From positions 60,001 to 92,000 of the forward strand of contig NC_009933.1 of NCBI RefSeq assembly GCF_000018105.1: a stretch of DNA of 32,000 nucleotides, given 5' to 3'. Of this stretch, positions 24,679-32,000 are shown piece by piece. The number at the start of each line of letters is the position of its first letter. Within the stretch, counting starts at the first letter, position 1. The position numbers and the translations under genes are program-made. Below the pieces are notes generated by a model that saw only the letters and a program-made list of their open reading frames with translations, had not been told where the DNA came from and did no database searches. This DNA comes from Acaryochloris marina MBIC11017 (lineage in GTDB: Bacteria > Cyanobacteriota > Cyanobacteriia > Thermosynechococcales > Thermosynechococcaceae).

Positions 24679-27600
24679 TCAATTAACACCCAAAATCACC
24701 TCAGATCCCCCCTCAATTCCATCATTTCCCACCTTCAATTGCCCGATTTCCTGATCATTTCCACCATCAAACTCATCAATATCAGATCGCTTTTCAGTTT
24801 CTGTAATTAGATCACTGTCTTTATTACAAAGTTCACAAACTGGTCTATTTTTCTCTAATCTCTGATCCCATTTCGCCTGAAACGCTTTCAGCATCTGGTC
24901 TTTGTACACTTCATTGCCCGAATATCGAATCACATAGAGACTCACGGATTCCTCACTGCCCACCTTCACCAACTCATGGGCGACTCGCTTGATCAGCTTA
25001 TTGACGATAGCTACGGCACTTTGCCCATCACTGATGACATTCCGAAAATGGCGGTAAATCTGATATCGATATTCCAACGCCTTCACTTTGATGTCTTCTA
25101 ATCGCTGGTCCCCCTCCGTCATCACCATGATTTCCATCCGCATCCGGGCCTCAACCTGCTCATAGCGGGCCTGAGTAAACGCCTGAGACTGCTGCTCAAT
25201 GGCTTCCACTAAACCTTGCTTTTGGTACTTAAGAGCCTGCTTTTGCTGCTCCAACTGCTCCAGCTCCCCCTTCAGCTTTGCCTTCCTGGGATGGGCCTTT
25301 CTGCCCAAAGCCGTCAACTTCGCTTGGATGGCCTTCTGCTCCTGAATGACTTCCCTGATCTGCCCAGCCAGTCCCTTGGCTTCCAATCTCAAAGACTGTC
25401 GTTGTCTTTGCACCTGGCGACCCTTTTCCAACGCTTTGTCATACGCCTCATAATCAGCGCTGGTGACGTTGTAGGTATCCACTAAATCAAATACCCCCAA
25501 GTCACGAAGTAACTGTACCTGGATGCGATTATTGGTTAACCGATGAGTGAGAACGAACTGACTATTGAGCTGTTTCATAAAATTCCTCCGGTCTAATTCC
25601 TCAGCAACTTCAGGGTGATACGACATCCAATGCAACTTCGTGGCACTCTTTAAGCGTCCTCGATGCTCAACACAGACTTGATGAATAAACTCATCCGTTA
25701 GGTCCACACCGGGTAACTCATCTTGTAATAAGACTTTCTTGGCATCCAACGTATCTTTATAGGTGGCAGAAGAACTCCCCATCACTCGGATGGCCTGCTC
25801 CACCGTGAACCGCTCCCCGTCAGCCGTCCCCAGCATTACCGCCGTTTCCACCTCCATCTGCTTCCGCACTTTACTGAAGGACTCGACGATATCGGCATTG
25901 CGTTCACTCAGCTCCTCCATCTCAATCGGATGCCCATGATCTGCCAGCAACAAGGTCAGGGACTCTCTTAGAGCTAACAGTGAGGCAATTGAGCGGGTCT
26001 GATATCGAGCAAAACTGACGTTGTGACAGTTGTTGGGGTTCTGCTGGTATGCCTTTAGTGCTGCCAACTGCTGAGCTGTTTCCGGTGACTGGTCATGGAT
26101 GAGCTGCTGTTCTAAATCAATGGACGCAGCCACATCTTGTCCATACTTGGACTGCAGCATGATGACCTGTTCCACAGACTTAATCGAAGGAATATCTGGG
26201 ATATGCGCCTTCCTGGTTACATAGATTTCACGAGTGACCTTTGCTCGATATCTCCAGAGCTGCTGATAGACACTGCGGGCATGATTGGATGAGGCGTAGC
26301 AAAACACTCGACTGAAATAGGGAATCAATCTCGGTTCATCAATGCTGACCCCACTCTCAGCGGTGGGACTGAGGAACAATGCCGTGGGTTGATACTCTTT
26401 GACAAACTCAGTGGGATTGGCCTGGAATATCTTATTCTCAGTGCGCTCCGATGTCTTGCGGTCATGGCGCAGAATACCTTTGGCAAACTCCGGGTTCATG
26501 TCTGCAATCATCCGCTCCAGCTTCTCAAGGAATTCCTGAGAAGTGGCAACAACAATAAACCGCTCATCGCAGGCCACGGCATTGAGGATTCTCTCTAGAA
26601 ACTGAGAGGTCTGACCAGAAAACACCTTCGTGGGAAAGTTATCATCAGGCTTGTACTCATTGACGACAATCTTGGTGTTGTACTTCCCGCCTGTAATGCC
26701 CTTGATATAGTCAATGGGAATTTGAGACAGGGAATCTTCTAAGAGAATGATATTGCCCCGAGTTTCTAAGACCCGGTTTGCGATCGCATGAAAATGTTCC
26801 AAGATCTGATTCTGCCGATCCCCCAGAGTCTGACCACTGAGAACATGGAACAGAGCAGCATCGGCTTCATCCAAGATGATGCAGCTATCGGGTTCAATAT
26901 CATCGAGTTCAATCTTGAGAAGACTATCAAAACAGAGCAAGATAGACCGCTCAGAGCGAAAGCCCATGCTGATATTGCCCTGGTATTCCTTATTGAGACG
27001 GAATAAGTGAATGAGCTTATAGAGGGTGTTCCCGGCATCATCCTTCTCAGTGAATCGGTCTTCGGTATTAAACAGCAGGTTATTCCGGTAACCGGGCATA
27101 ATCACCTGGCCCTTGACCTGGCTCACCAGGGACTTCAGCATCTCCGTCTTGCCCGTGCCACACATGGAAGCGATGGCGACGACAGACCCCGGATCAATGG
27201 TGCCTAGATCTGAGAGTTCAATGTATCGCTTATTGATAACCGTCGTGGCTTGATCCGATAGGCCATTGAGCTTCAGAAAGAGCTGACCCAGTTCATATTC
27301 CAGACCCAGACTATTGAAGAACCAAGTGGGCTTGAACACAATCTGAGCCAATTCCACTGGGGTGAGTTCATCGATATCGCAGGAATTTTCCTTGTAGGTC
27401 TGTCCCCACCAGGCCACCTCGACGATATAGCCCCATTCTTCCAGCAAGCGAATGACTCGCTGATACTGACGGAAAACATTGAGGTTCCGTACTGCCCCCG
27501 CATCAGGATAGAGGGTGATGATCGGGGATTGCTCAGCATCTTTCGATAAGACGGTCAGAGTTTCTCTCAAAGTGTCAGGAGATGAGGCCCAGAGTCCCCC

Positions 27601-28434
27601 CGCTGCCCCAATCGTGGGGAGCTGTAATCGTTGAGAGAGGAGATAGGGTTTGACCCCTGTTCCTTCAACGAGGGCAATCCGAGAATAGGGACCAAAAGAC
27701 TTGTAGATGGCTAAAGGAATCTCACCGTGAACATGAGGACCATTACCGTTGGGATTGCGGCGGGTAGAACTGGACAACCAGATGTAGCGGTTGTCTTCAT
27801 GAACATTGCGCTTCCGCAATTGCAAGGCCACGATTTGATCGTGGACATCATAGAGAGGCCAGAGATAGCCCCCTTGAGAATTGAGGATGCCACCGGGAAG
27901 GACACCGGGCAGATCTGGGGATAGGTCTTTGACTCTCTGGAACTGGCCGACAGACACAGCATCAAACCCATCGATTTCAGCCTGGGACATGCCTCGTCGG
28001 CCCATGTCTCCTCGATCCATTGAGCAGAGGGATAGATCAGAGAGGAGTTGTCGATACAGGTAATCGCGTTGGCCTACGGGCAACTCCTTGGCAATCCGTT
28101 GACGCCGTTCTTCCTTAGCTTGTTGATCACGGATGGCCTTGCGGGCCTGCCAATTAATAGAGTTGTAGTTGTCATCACCCGTGTGAGGTGCCCAGATCCC
28201 CCAGTTACTATCTTTCGAAAGCTTTCTGAACTTATAGCCGTTGATGATACCAACATCATAGGTTTCGGTGAGGCAAAGGATGATATCGCCGCCTTTGCTG
28301 CATCTTCCATCATTAGAGCCGCAGATGGGGCAATGATTTTGTCTTTTGAAAGGAATCAGCTTTGAAGTATATCGGGTAGGTGTACCAAAGCCTAGATGAG
28401 GTGAGTTCAGAGTGAGTGATGGTGTGGAGGTCAT
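24679..28434 (-). CDS. Plasmid replication initiator of primase/Toprim-like plus P-loop helicase type (CyRepA-like architecture as I recall it)
   Basis: ATG 28434 is preceded by AAGGAGG (complement of 28441-28447); the track start 28479 is TTG. Zn-finger HCPICGSNDGRCSKGGDIILC (about 28300-28335). Toprim-like segment ALVEGTGVKPYLL...ITLYPDAGAV. Walker A IASMCGTGKTEML (about 27144-27167). Walker B CIILDEADAALF (about 26856-26880). Long coiled-coil C-terminal region. Confidence 0.75.
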   Translation of the reverse strand: MTSTPSLTLNSPHLGFGTPTRYTSKLIPFKRQNHCPICGSNDGRCSKGGDIILCLTETYDVGIINGYKFRKLSKDSNWGIWAPHTGDDNYNSINWQARKAIRDQQAKEERRQRIAKELPVGQRDYLYRQLLSDLSLCSMDRGDMGRRGMSQAEIDGFDAVSVGQFQRVKDLSPDLPGVLPGGILNSQGGYLWPLYDVHDQIVALQLRKRNVHEDNRYIWLSSSTRRNPNGNGPHVHGEIPLAIYKSFGPYSRIALVEGTGVKPYLLSQRLQLPTIGAAGGLWASSPDTLRETLTVLSKDAEQSPIITLYPDAGAVRNLNVFRQYQRVIRLLEEWGYIVEVAWWGQTYKENSCDIDELTPVELAQIVFKPTWFFNSLGLEYELGQLFLKLNGLSDQATTVINKRYIELSDLGTIDPGSVVAIASMCGTGKTEMLKSLVSQVKGQVIMPGYRNNLLFNTEDRFTEKDDAGNTLYKLIHLFRLNKEYQGNISMGFRSERSILLCFDSLLKIELDDIEPDSCIILDEADAALFHVLSGQTLGDRQNQILEHFHAIANRVLETRGNIILLEDSLSQIPIDYIKGITGGKYNTKIVVNEYKPDDNFPTKVFSGQTSQFLERILNAVACDERFIVVATSQEFLEKLERMIADMNPEFAKGILRHDRKTSERTENKIFQANPTEFVKEYQPTALFLSPTAESGVSIDEPRLIPYFSRVFCYASSNHARSVYQQLWRYRAKVTREIYVTRKAHIPDIPSIKSVEQVIMLQSKYGQDVAASIDLEQQLIHDQSPETAQQLAALKAYQQNPNNCHNVSFARYQTRSIASLLALRESLTLLLADHGHPIEMEELSERNADIVESFSKVRKQMEVETAVMLGTADGERFTVEQAIRVMGSSSATYKDTLDAKKVLLQDELPGVDLTDEFIHQVCVEHRGRLKSATKLHWMSYHPEVAEELDRRNFMKQLNSQFVLTHRLTNNRIQVQLLRDLGVFDLVDTYNVTSADYEAYDKALEKGRQVQRQRQSLRLEAKGLAGQIREVIQEQKAIQAKLTALGRKAHPRKAKLKGELEQLEQQKQALKYQKQGLVEAIEQQSQAFTQARYEQVEARMRMEIMVMTEGDQRLEDIKVKALEYRYQIYRHFRNVISDGQSAVAIVNKLIKRVAHELVKVGSEESVSLYVIRYSGNEVYKDQMLKAFQAKWDQRLEKNRPVCELCNKDSDLITETEKRSDIDEFDGGNDQEIGQLKVGNDGIEGGSEVILGVN

Positions 28435-28589
28435 TGATGGCCTCCTTGATGATGCATAGATATATGAGTCGATTTCCAAACCATTAGCAGTTCGGGGAAT
28501 AAAAATGTAGAAATCATTGAAAGTCCCTCTATCAGTTGTCCGTAGCGAGATAGAGAGGTGTGGCTAGGTTAATTTAAATTACAAAATTC

Positions 28590-28619
28590 TTGCCAGCACA
28601 AAGTCGGCTGTTCTAGAAT
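28590..28619 (+). promoter_or_regulatory. Candidate sigma-70-type promoter facing away from rep
   Basis: TTGCCA (28590-28595), an 18-nt spacer, then TAGAAT (28614-28619) on the + strand, about 95 nt upstream of an intrinsic terminator on the same strand. Confidence 0.35.
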
Positions 28620-28625
28620 CAGAAC

Positions 28626-28754
28626 ACACCACTCCTGTGGGGCACTAACTTTCTGGCTCGTCCAAAGCTCTCGGTTAGATTCCACAATCTCGAAAAAATA
28701 TTTAGTTTTTTCCTGGATCCCTAGCTATTCGCGTAGCTGGGATTCCTTTTTTTT
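28626..28754 (+). ncRNA. Candidate ~130-nt small RNA in the rep upstream region (possible antisense copy-number regulator)
   Basis: It is delimited by the candidate promoter at 28590-28619 and the terminator at 28715-28754. No ORF is present. It would be antisense to a rep leader if rep is transcribed from the candidate minus-strand promoter TTGCGT-N16-TAGTAT (complement of 28803-28830). Confidence 0.3.
28715..28754 (+). terminator. Rho-independent terminator (+ strand)
   Basis: ggatccctagcta (28715-28727) pairs with tagctgggattcc (28734-28746), with one bulged T and loop ttcgcg. A run of 8 T follows immediately (28747-28754). Confidence 0.6.
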
Positions 28755-28970
28755 AGGGCATCGTCACCTCCTGGGGGGAAATACAAAGATTCTTAGTGAA
28801 CCATACTACGCTTCAGCCCTCAATACGCAAAGGCTTTAAAACAAAAGATCATCAAGGGTTTCAGAATCCTGGGCAGCATGATTCGATGAGGAAAAAATGG
28901 GTCAATTCCTCGAATGAGAATGAAGAAATTTGTTGCTTGATCAGAGAAAATCTAAATTGGTATCTGGGAA

Positions 28971-30242
28971 TTAATTTGGTGGCCGAGGGTGTTCTTTCCT
29001 ATATCCACCCTCAATGACTTTAGATACACCTGAAGTAATGGACGACATTATTGACCTCCTTTCGTTCGGTCTATCATTGTCCTGTAATCTTCTAACAGAC
29101 TGAGATACAAGCGCTAATGGCAGCAAGATTATATTGAGAATTACTGGGCTGAATCCCAGATGTCCTCGCCAATCGTCTTGAGTTCTCTCCAGTTGATGGC
29201 ATCGCTGATTCTCTGGGGTAAGTCGATGCCTCGCGACATTAGCAGCCTCGTGACTGCTACGCCGACGAAAAACCAGAATGTGTTTCTGAGCATTGGTCAG
29301 TTCTCCAGGCTCATGAATATGACTCTCCTTATTGGTTTGTTTGAAAATCTGTTGAATAGCTCTGCCGATTTTCCCGCCCAGCCGTGAGGCGTCAACCCTT
29401 TTTACAGTAGGCTTCTCGATTCCTTCGGGATGAATTAGCTGGGTCTTGTCAGGTTGTGGGAATCGAACTAGGCAAGATCCATAAGTGATAAGGTGCTTGA
29501 GATATTCAAGAGCCTTTTGATAAAGCTGCCTAATTCTTTCGCCAGAAAGCTTGAGCATTGTCCCAATCTCGCGATAGCTATGACCGTCTCTCCTTGCACG
29601 GACAATAAAACTTTCGCGATCAGGGAGCTGAGCAATGTAGTCTTTCATATTGATACTCTCGGCAAAATCCCAAGAATCTAGCTGTTCAAGATCTTCAACA
29701 AAATCAAGACATTCAATCCCTTGCTCTGTCCCAGTCAAGACATTGAGGCTAGAGGTATCAACTACTCGTGCTTTACTCCAGGCGTTAGTAATTACTCGAT
29801 GTGAATATCCTGTACGTTCAGCCAGTTCATCTAGAGTGGGTTTTCGTTCTAACTCCAGCTTTAAGTCTTGTTCAGCTTCATCAATTTTTTTTAGGTGTTT
29901 CGTAATTTCTCTACTGAGTCCTCTTTGTTCACAAATCAACTGCCTGATTTCAGTTCTGATAGGCTTAACAGCGTAGGTACTGAATTGAAAGCCCCTCGAT
30001 AGATCAAATTTTTGAATAGCAATGGATAGTCCTAGGGTTCCAGCATTCACTAAATCGTCCCAGTCAACTAATCCGCGATATCGTTTAGCTTCATTGAAGA
30101 CTAACCGCTGATTCTTTCGTATAAAACGGTCTTCAGCCCTTCTGTCACCAGCCTGAGCGCGTTCAATCTGTGGGTACTGGACTTTGCGGCTAAAAGGTCC
30201 GGTCTCCAGGGATTGCGAATTGAAAACATTGGTGTATACCAT
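28971..30242 (-). CDS. Sigma-70 family RNA polymerase sigma factor with a ~170-aa C-terminal extension
   Basis: Region 2: DLVNAGTLGLSIAIQKFDLSRGFQFSTYAVKPIRTEIRQ. Region 3-like: TLDELAERTGYSHRVITNAW. Region 4: SYREIGTMLKLSGERIRQLYQKALEYLK. After about residue 255 the ORF continues to 423 aa with R/H-rich sequence and one hydrophobic stretch, FSPVILNIILLPLALVSQSV. Confidence 0.85.
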   Translation of the reverse strand: MVYTNVFNSQSLETGPFSRKVQYPQIERAQAGDRRAEDRFIRKNQRLVFNEAKRYRGLVDWDDLVNAGTLGLSIAIQKFDLSRGFQFSTYAVKPIRTEIRQLICEQRGLSREITKHLKKIDEAEQDLKLELERKPTLDELAERTGYSHRVITNAWSKARVVDTSSLNVLTGTEQGIECLDFVEDLEQLDSWDFAESINMKDYIAQLPDRESFIVRARRDGHSYREIGTMLKLSGERIRQLYQKALEYLKHLITYGSCLVRFPQPDKTQLIHPEGIEKPTVKRVDASRLGGKIGRAIQQIFKQTNKESHIHEPGELTNAQKHILVFRRRSSHEAANVARHRLTPENQRCHQLERTQDDWRGHLGFSPVILNIILLPLALVSQSVRRLQDNDRPNERRSIMSSITSGVSKVIEGGYRKEHPRPPN

Positions 30243-30415
30243 TGTTTAAACCTTCAGATCCGTAATCTGTGTCTAAGGTTTTCGGACCCTCTGGTTGTTT
30301 GATCGCGGTTAGAGGGTCTTTTAGTTTTTTCATCAAAGGCTAACGGTGCAGTTAGCCTCAATCGGTGTTTAAGGTTTCGGACCCTCTGGTTGTTTGATCG
30401 CGGTTAGAGGGCAAT
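30243..30415. promoter_or_regulatory. Structured leader/upstream region of the sigma gene with a duplicated ~45-nt hairpin element
   Basis: Direct repeat gt(c/t)taaggtt(t)tcggaccctctggttgtttgatcgcggttagaggg at 30271-30316 and 30367-30411. Each copy contains CCCTCT...AGAGGG. There is an 8-bp perfect hairpin, aggctaac-ggtgca-gttagcct, at 30337-30358. aaaccttcaga (30247-30257) can pair with tctaaggttt (30272-30281). Confidence 0.55.
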
Positions 30416-31082
30416 AGTAATCTTGTGTCGTCGGCAATCTAGGTAGCGAAGATCGAAATACCCTATTACCTAAAACGTGTTTGCAGTGGAGAAATCGTTG
30501 ATACTTCATGTCACCCCCCGATAAGCATTTGTTTTAATTGCTTGTTCTGTTTGTTTTCAGTCCAGAGGACAGATTGAGAATTGTGTAGCTAGATAGTAAA
30601 AATTCTCATTAAATATAGTACATATGTATCAAAAATATCAATCATTCACCTCTTTGTAAATGGATTCTTAGGGTGTGCTTGTCGAGAATCAGGGATAAGG
30701 AAGAAATTGTGGCTCGGTGAAGAACAGTTTCTTTGCCTCAAGAACTATTTGAAAGACGCGTTAATTCTTGCTGCACATGACTTAGTTCCTTCCAGGTCTA
30801 GCTTTGTTTTGTAGGCAATGAAGGAAGCTACAGGACAAAGAATGAGGGTCCATTGCACAAATTAACTACCTGATTTGTGGATTGAGTCTCCCTGAGCCGT
30901 TTTGACGGTAAATTAGGAAGCCAATTTTTTCGCTTCTTAATTGGTATAGATAAATATTACATGTTACACATGGATTATGCAATTAATGATGAAATGCTAG
31001 CCTAAAGTTTGAATCTATACGTATTCAGTTGTAAATATAGCTTTACCAATAAATGATGTAATTTTTGGAAGAAGTATGAACA

Positions 31083-31364
31083 ATGAAAAAAGTAGTGATC
31101 AACTGGAAACTCGCTGAAGTAATGCAAGCTAATGGTATTAGCCCAACCGACCTTGCTGCTGAGATGAAAATTAGTCGGAATGCCATATCAAAAATGAGAA
31201 AGCATTACATGCCACGCATGGATGGTGAAAAGCTAAATAATTTATTGATATCCTTAAACACTTTGAGAAAGCCTGGAAAGAGGCCAATACGAGTAAGCCA
31301 CTTGATAGTTGAGAGCTATACGTTGGAGGAAATGGAGCGGGCAAAAGTTGGTGAGTCTACATAG
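31083..31364 (+). CDS. Small XRE/Cro-type helix-turn-helix protein
   Basis: 93 aa. WKLAEVMQANGISPTDLAAEMKISRNAISKMRK is the classic HTH_XRE layout and is followed by LNNLLISLN. Confidence 0.7.
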   Translation: MKKVVINWKLAEVMQANGISPTDLAAEMKISRNAISKMRKHYMPRMDGEKLNNLLISLNTLRKPGKRPIRVSHLIVESYTLEEMERAKVGEST

Positions 31365-31424
31365 ATTTTGATCTCATAGCTACTCTCCCTACCCTTCCTG
31401 TGTAGCTCATCGGCCACACAGAAA

Positions 31425-32000
31425 ATGCTCAAAACCACATTATTGTCACTTGGATTGTTGGCGATCACATTCTCGTCAGCCCTCGCCAATCCCGCTACAA
31501 TTCCCATAGACAAGGCATTTAAACACACTCAGAAGCTAGAAGTTTCAGATGTAGATCATCTATTAGACTTCACGGATACCCGCTACCGGGTTATCAAAGC
31601 CTTTCCCAGTAACCCTCAACAGTTGCGGGCCTTAAGCCTGTCTCGTAACGATCATCAGCAACTCCTTCTCAAGTGGACTCCCAACGGCACAGCCAAAAAG
31701 GCCAGTGTCTTCCTACGAGTCATGGGTCCAGGGGGAGAGCAAACCATCACCCTCTTGGTGAAGCGGTCTGGTAATGAACCGGACAATATCAGAACAGCGT
31801 TTGTCCCCAGCCAAACCGTCTCCAAAGATGCCGTGATCGGGGAAGTAGCTGAAATTCCCCCCAAGCCAACTGTTGCACCCATCCCTAACCAACTCATTCG
31901 CCCCAACTGGAAATCCCACAATTCACCCAAAACCGCACAGCCTGTTAAAGCTCCCTTAACCCTCACTCACCCGAAATCCCCACCCGTCCTCAAACTCAGG
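31425..32000 (+). CDS. Secreted or exported hypothetical protein (N-terminal signal peptide); runs off the right edge
   Basis: Not in the ORF track (no stop in the window). Translation from ATG 31425 gives MLKTTLLSLGLLAITFSSALANPATIPIDKAF..., a signal peptide with an ALA-N cleavage-like site. Then ...LLLKWTPNGTAKKASVFLRVMGPGGEQTITLLVKR and a Pro-rich segment. The frame is open for all 192 codons to position 32000. The minus-strand ORFs listed here are antisense shadows. Confidence 0.6.
   Translation, partial: MLKTTLLSLGLLAITFSSALANPATIPIDKAFKHTQKLEVSDVDHLLDFTDTRYRVIKAFPSNPQQLRALSLSRNDHQQLLLKWTPNGTAKKASVFLRVMGPGGEQTITLLVKRSGNEPDNIRTAFVPSQTVSKDAVIGEVAEIPPKPTVAPIPNQLIRPNWKSHNSPKTAQPVKAPLTLTHPKSPPVLKLR

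Noticed and set aside
25216-28365. Numerous 60-105-aa ORFs on both strands within the Rep gene
   Set aside because: They are nested in a 1250-aa ORF with Zn-finger, Toprim-like and Walker A/B motifs. They are typical shadow ORFs.
31655-31966. Minus-strand ORFs 31655-31966, 31713-31919 and 31316-31528
   Set aside because: They are antisense to the signal-peptide protein ORF (31425 onward) or to the HTH gene end. The plus frame is open for all 192 codons to the window edge.
1-32000. tRNA, rRNA or tmRNA genes
   Set aside because: I recognised no cloverleaf-like segment or rRNA-like conserved block while reading either strand. This is a by-eye negative and should be confirmed with tRNAscan-SE and Infernal.

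Overview
The window reads as part of a cyanobacterial-type plasmid or a plasmid-derived island. Support: two HIP1 GCGATCGC sites (457-464, 26780-26787), many pentapeptide-repeat genes, and a ~1250-aa Zn-finger/Toprim-like/P-loop helicase Rep. Backbone: a type-Ib-like parA plus small adaptor pair (1805-2853) preceded by a ~750-bp CTTAC[AG] iteron-like array; a second, unusual ParA-type operon (HsdR_N-like nuclease fold fused to ParA, plus a ParB-like protein, 3784-6092); the Rep gene (24679-28434); a sigma-70 family gene (28971-30242); and a small HTH gene. Mobile DNA: one apparently intact IS21-family element (istAB, ~7030-9460) and an IS66 transposase remnant (21117-21535). The accessory core (about 10.3-24.5 kb) is the interesting part. 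A 1162-aa NACHT (STAND) NTPase with a 22-unit pentapeptide array sits among four paralogous pentapeptide-repeat proteins. These share a ~125-aa non-repeat domain but differ in repeat number and C-terminal tails. Interleaved are one intact and five decayed copies of a small gene (called X here) and a ~3.3-3.6 kb segmental duplication that also copied the 3' end of rep as a free-standing ORF. This NACHT plus pentapeptide-paralog island is my best candidate for an undescribed conflict/immunity system; a caspase-helicase fusion at the left edge is the second. All domain calls come from motifs read by eye; no database search or computation was possible.
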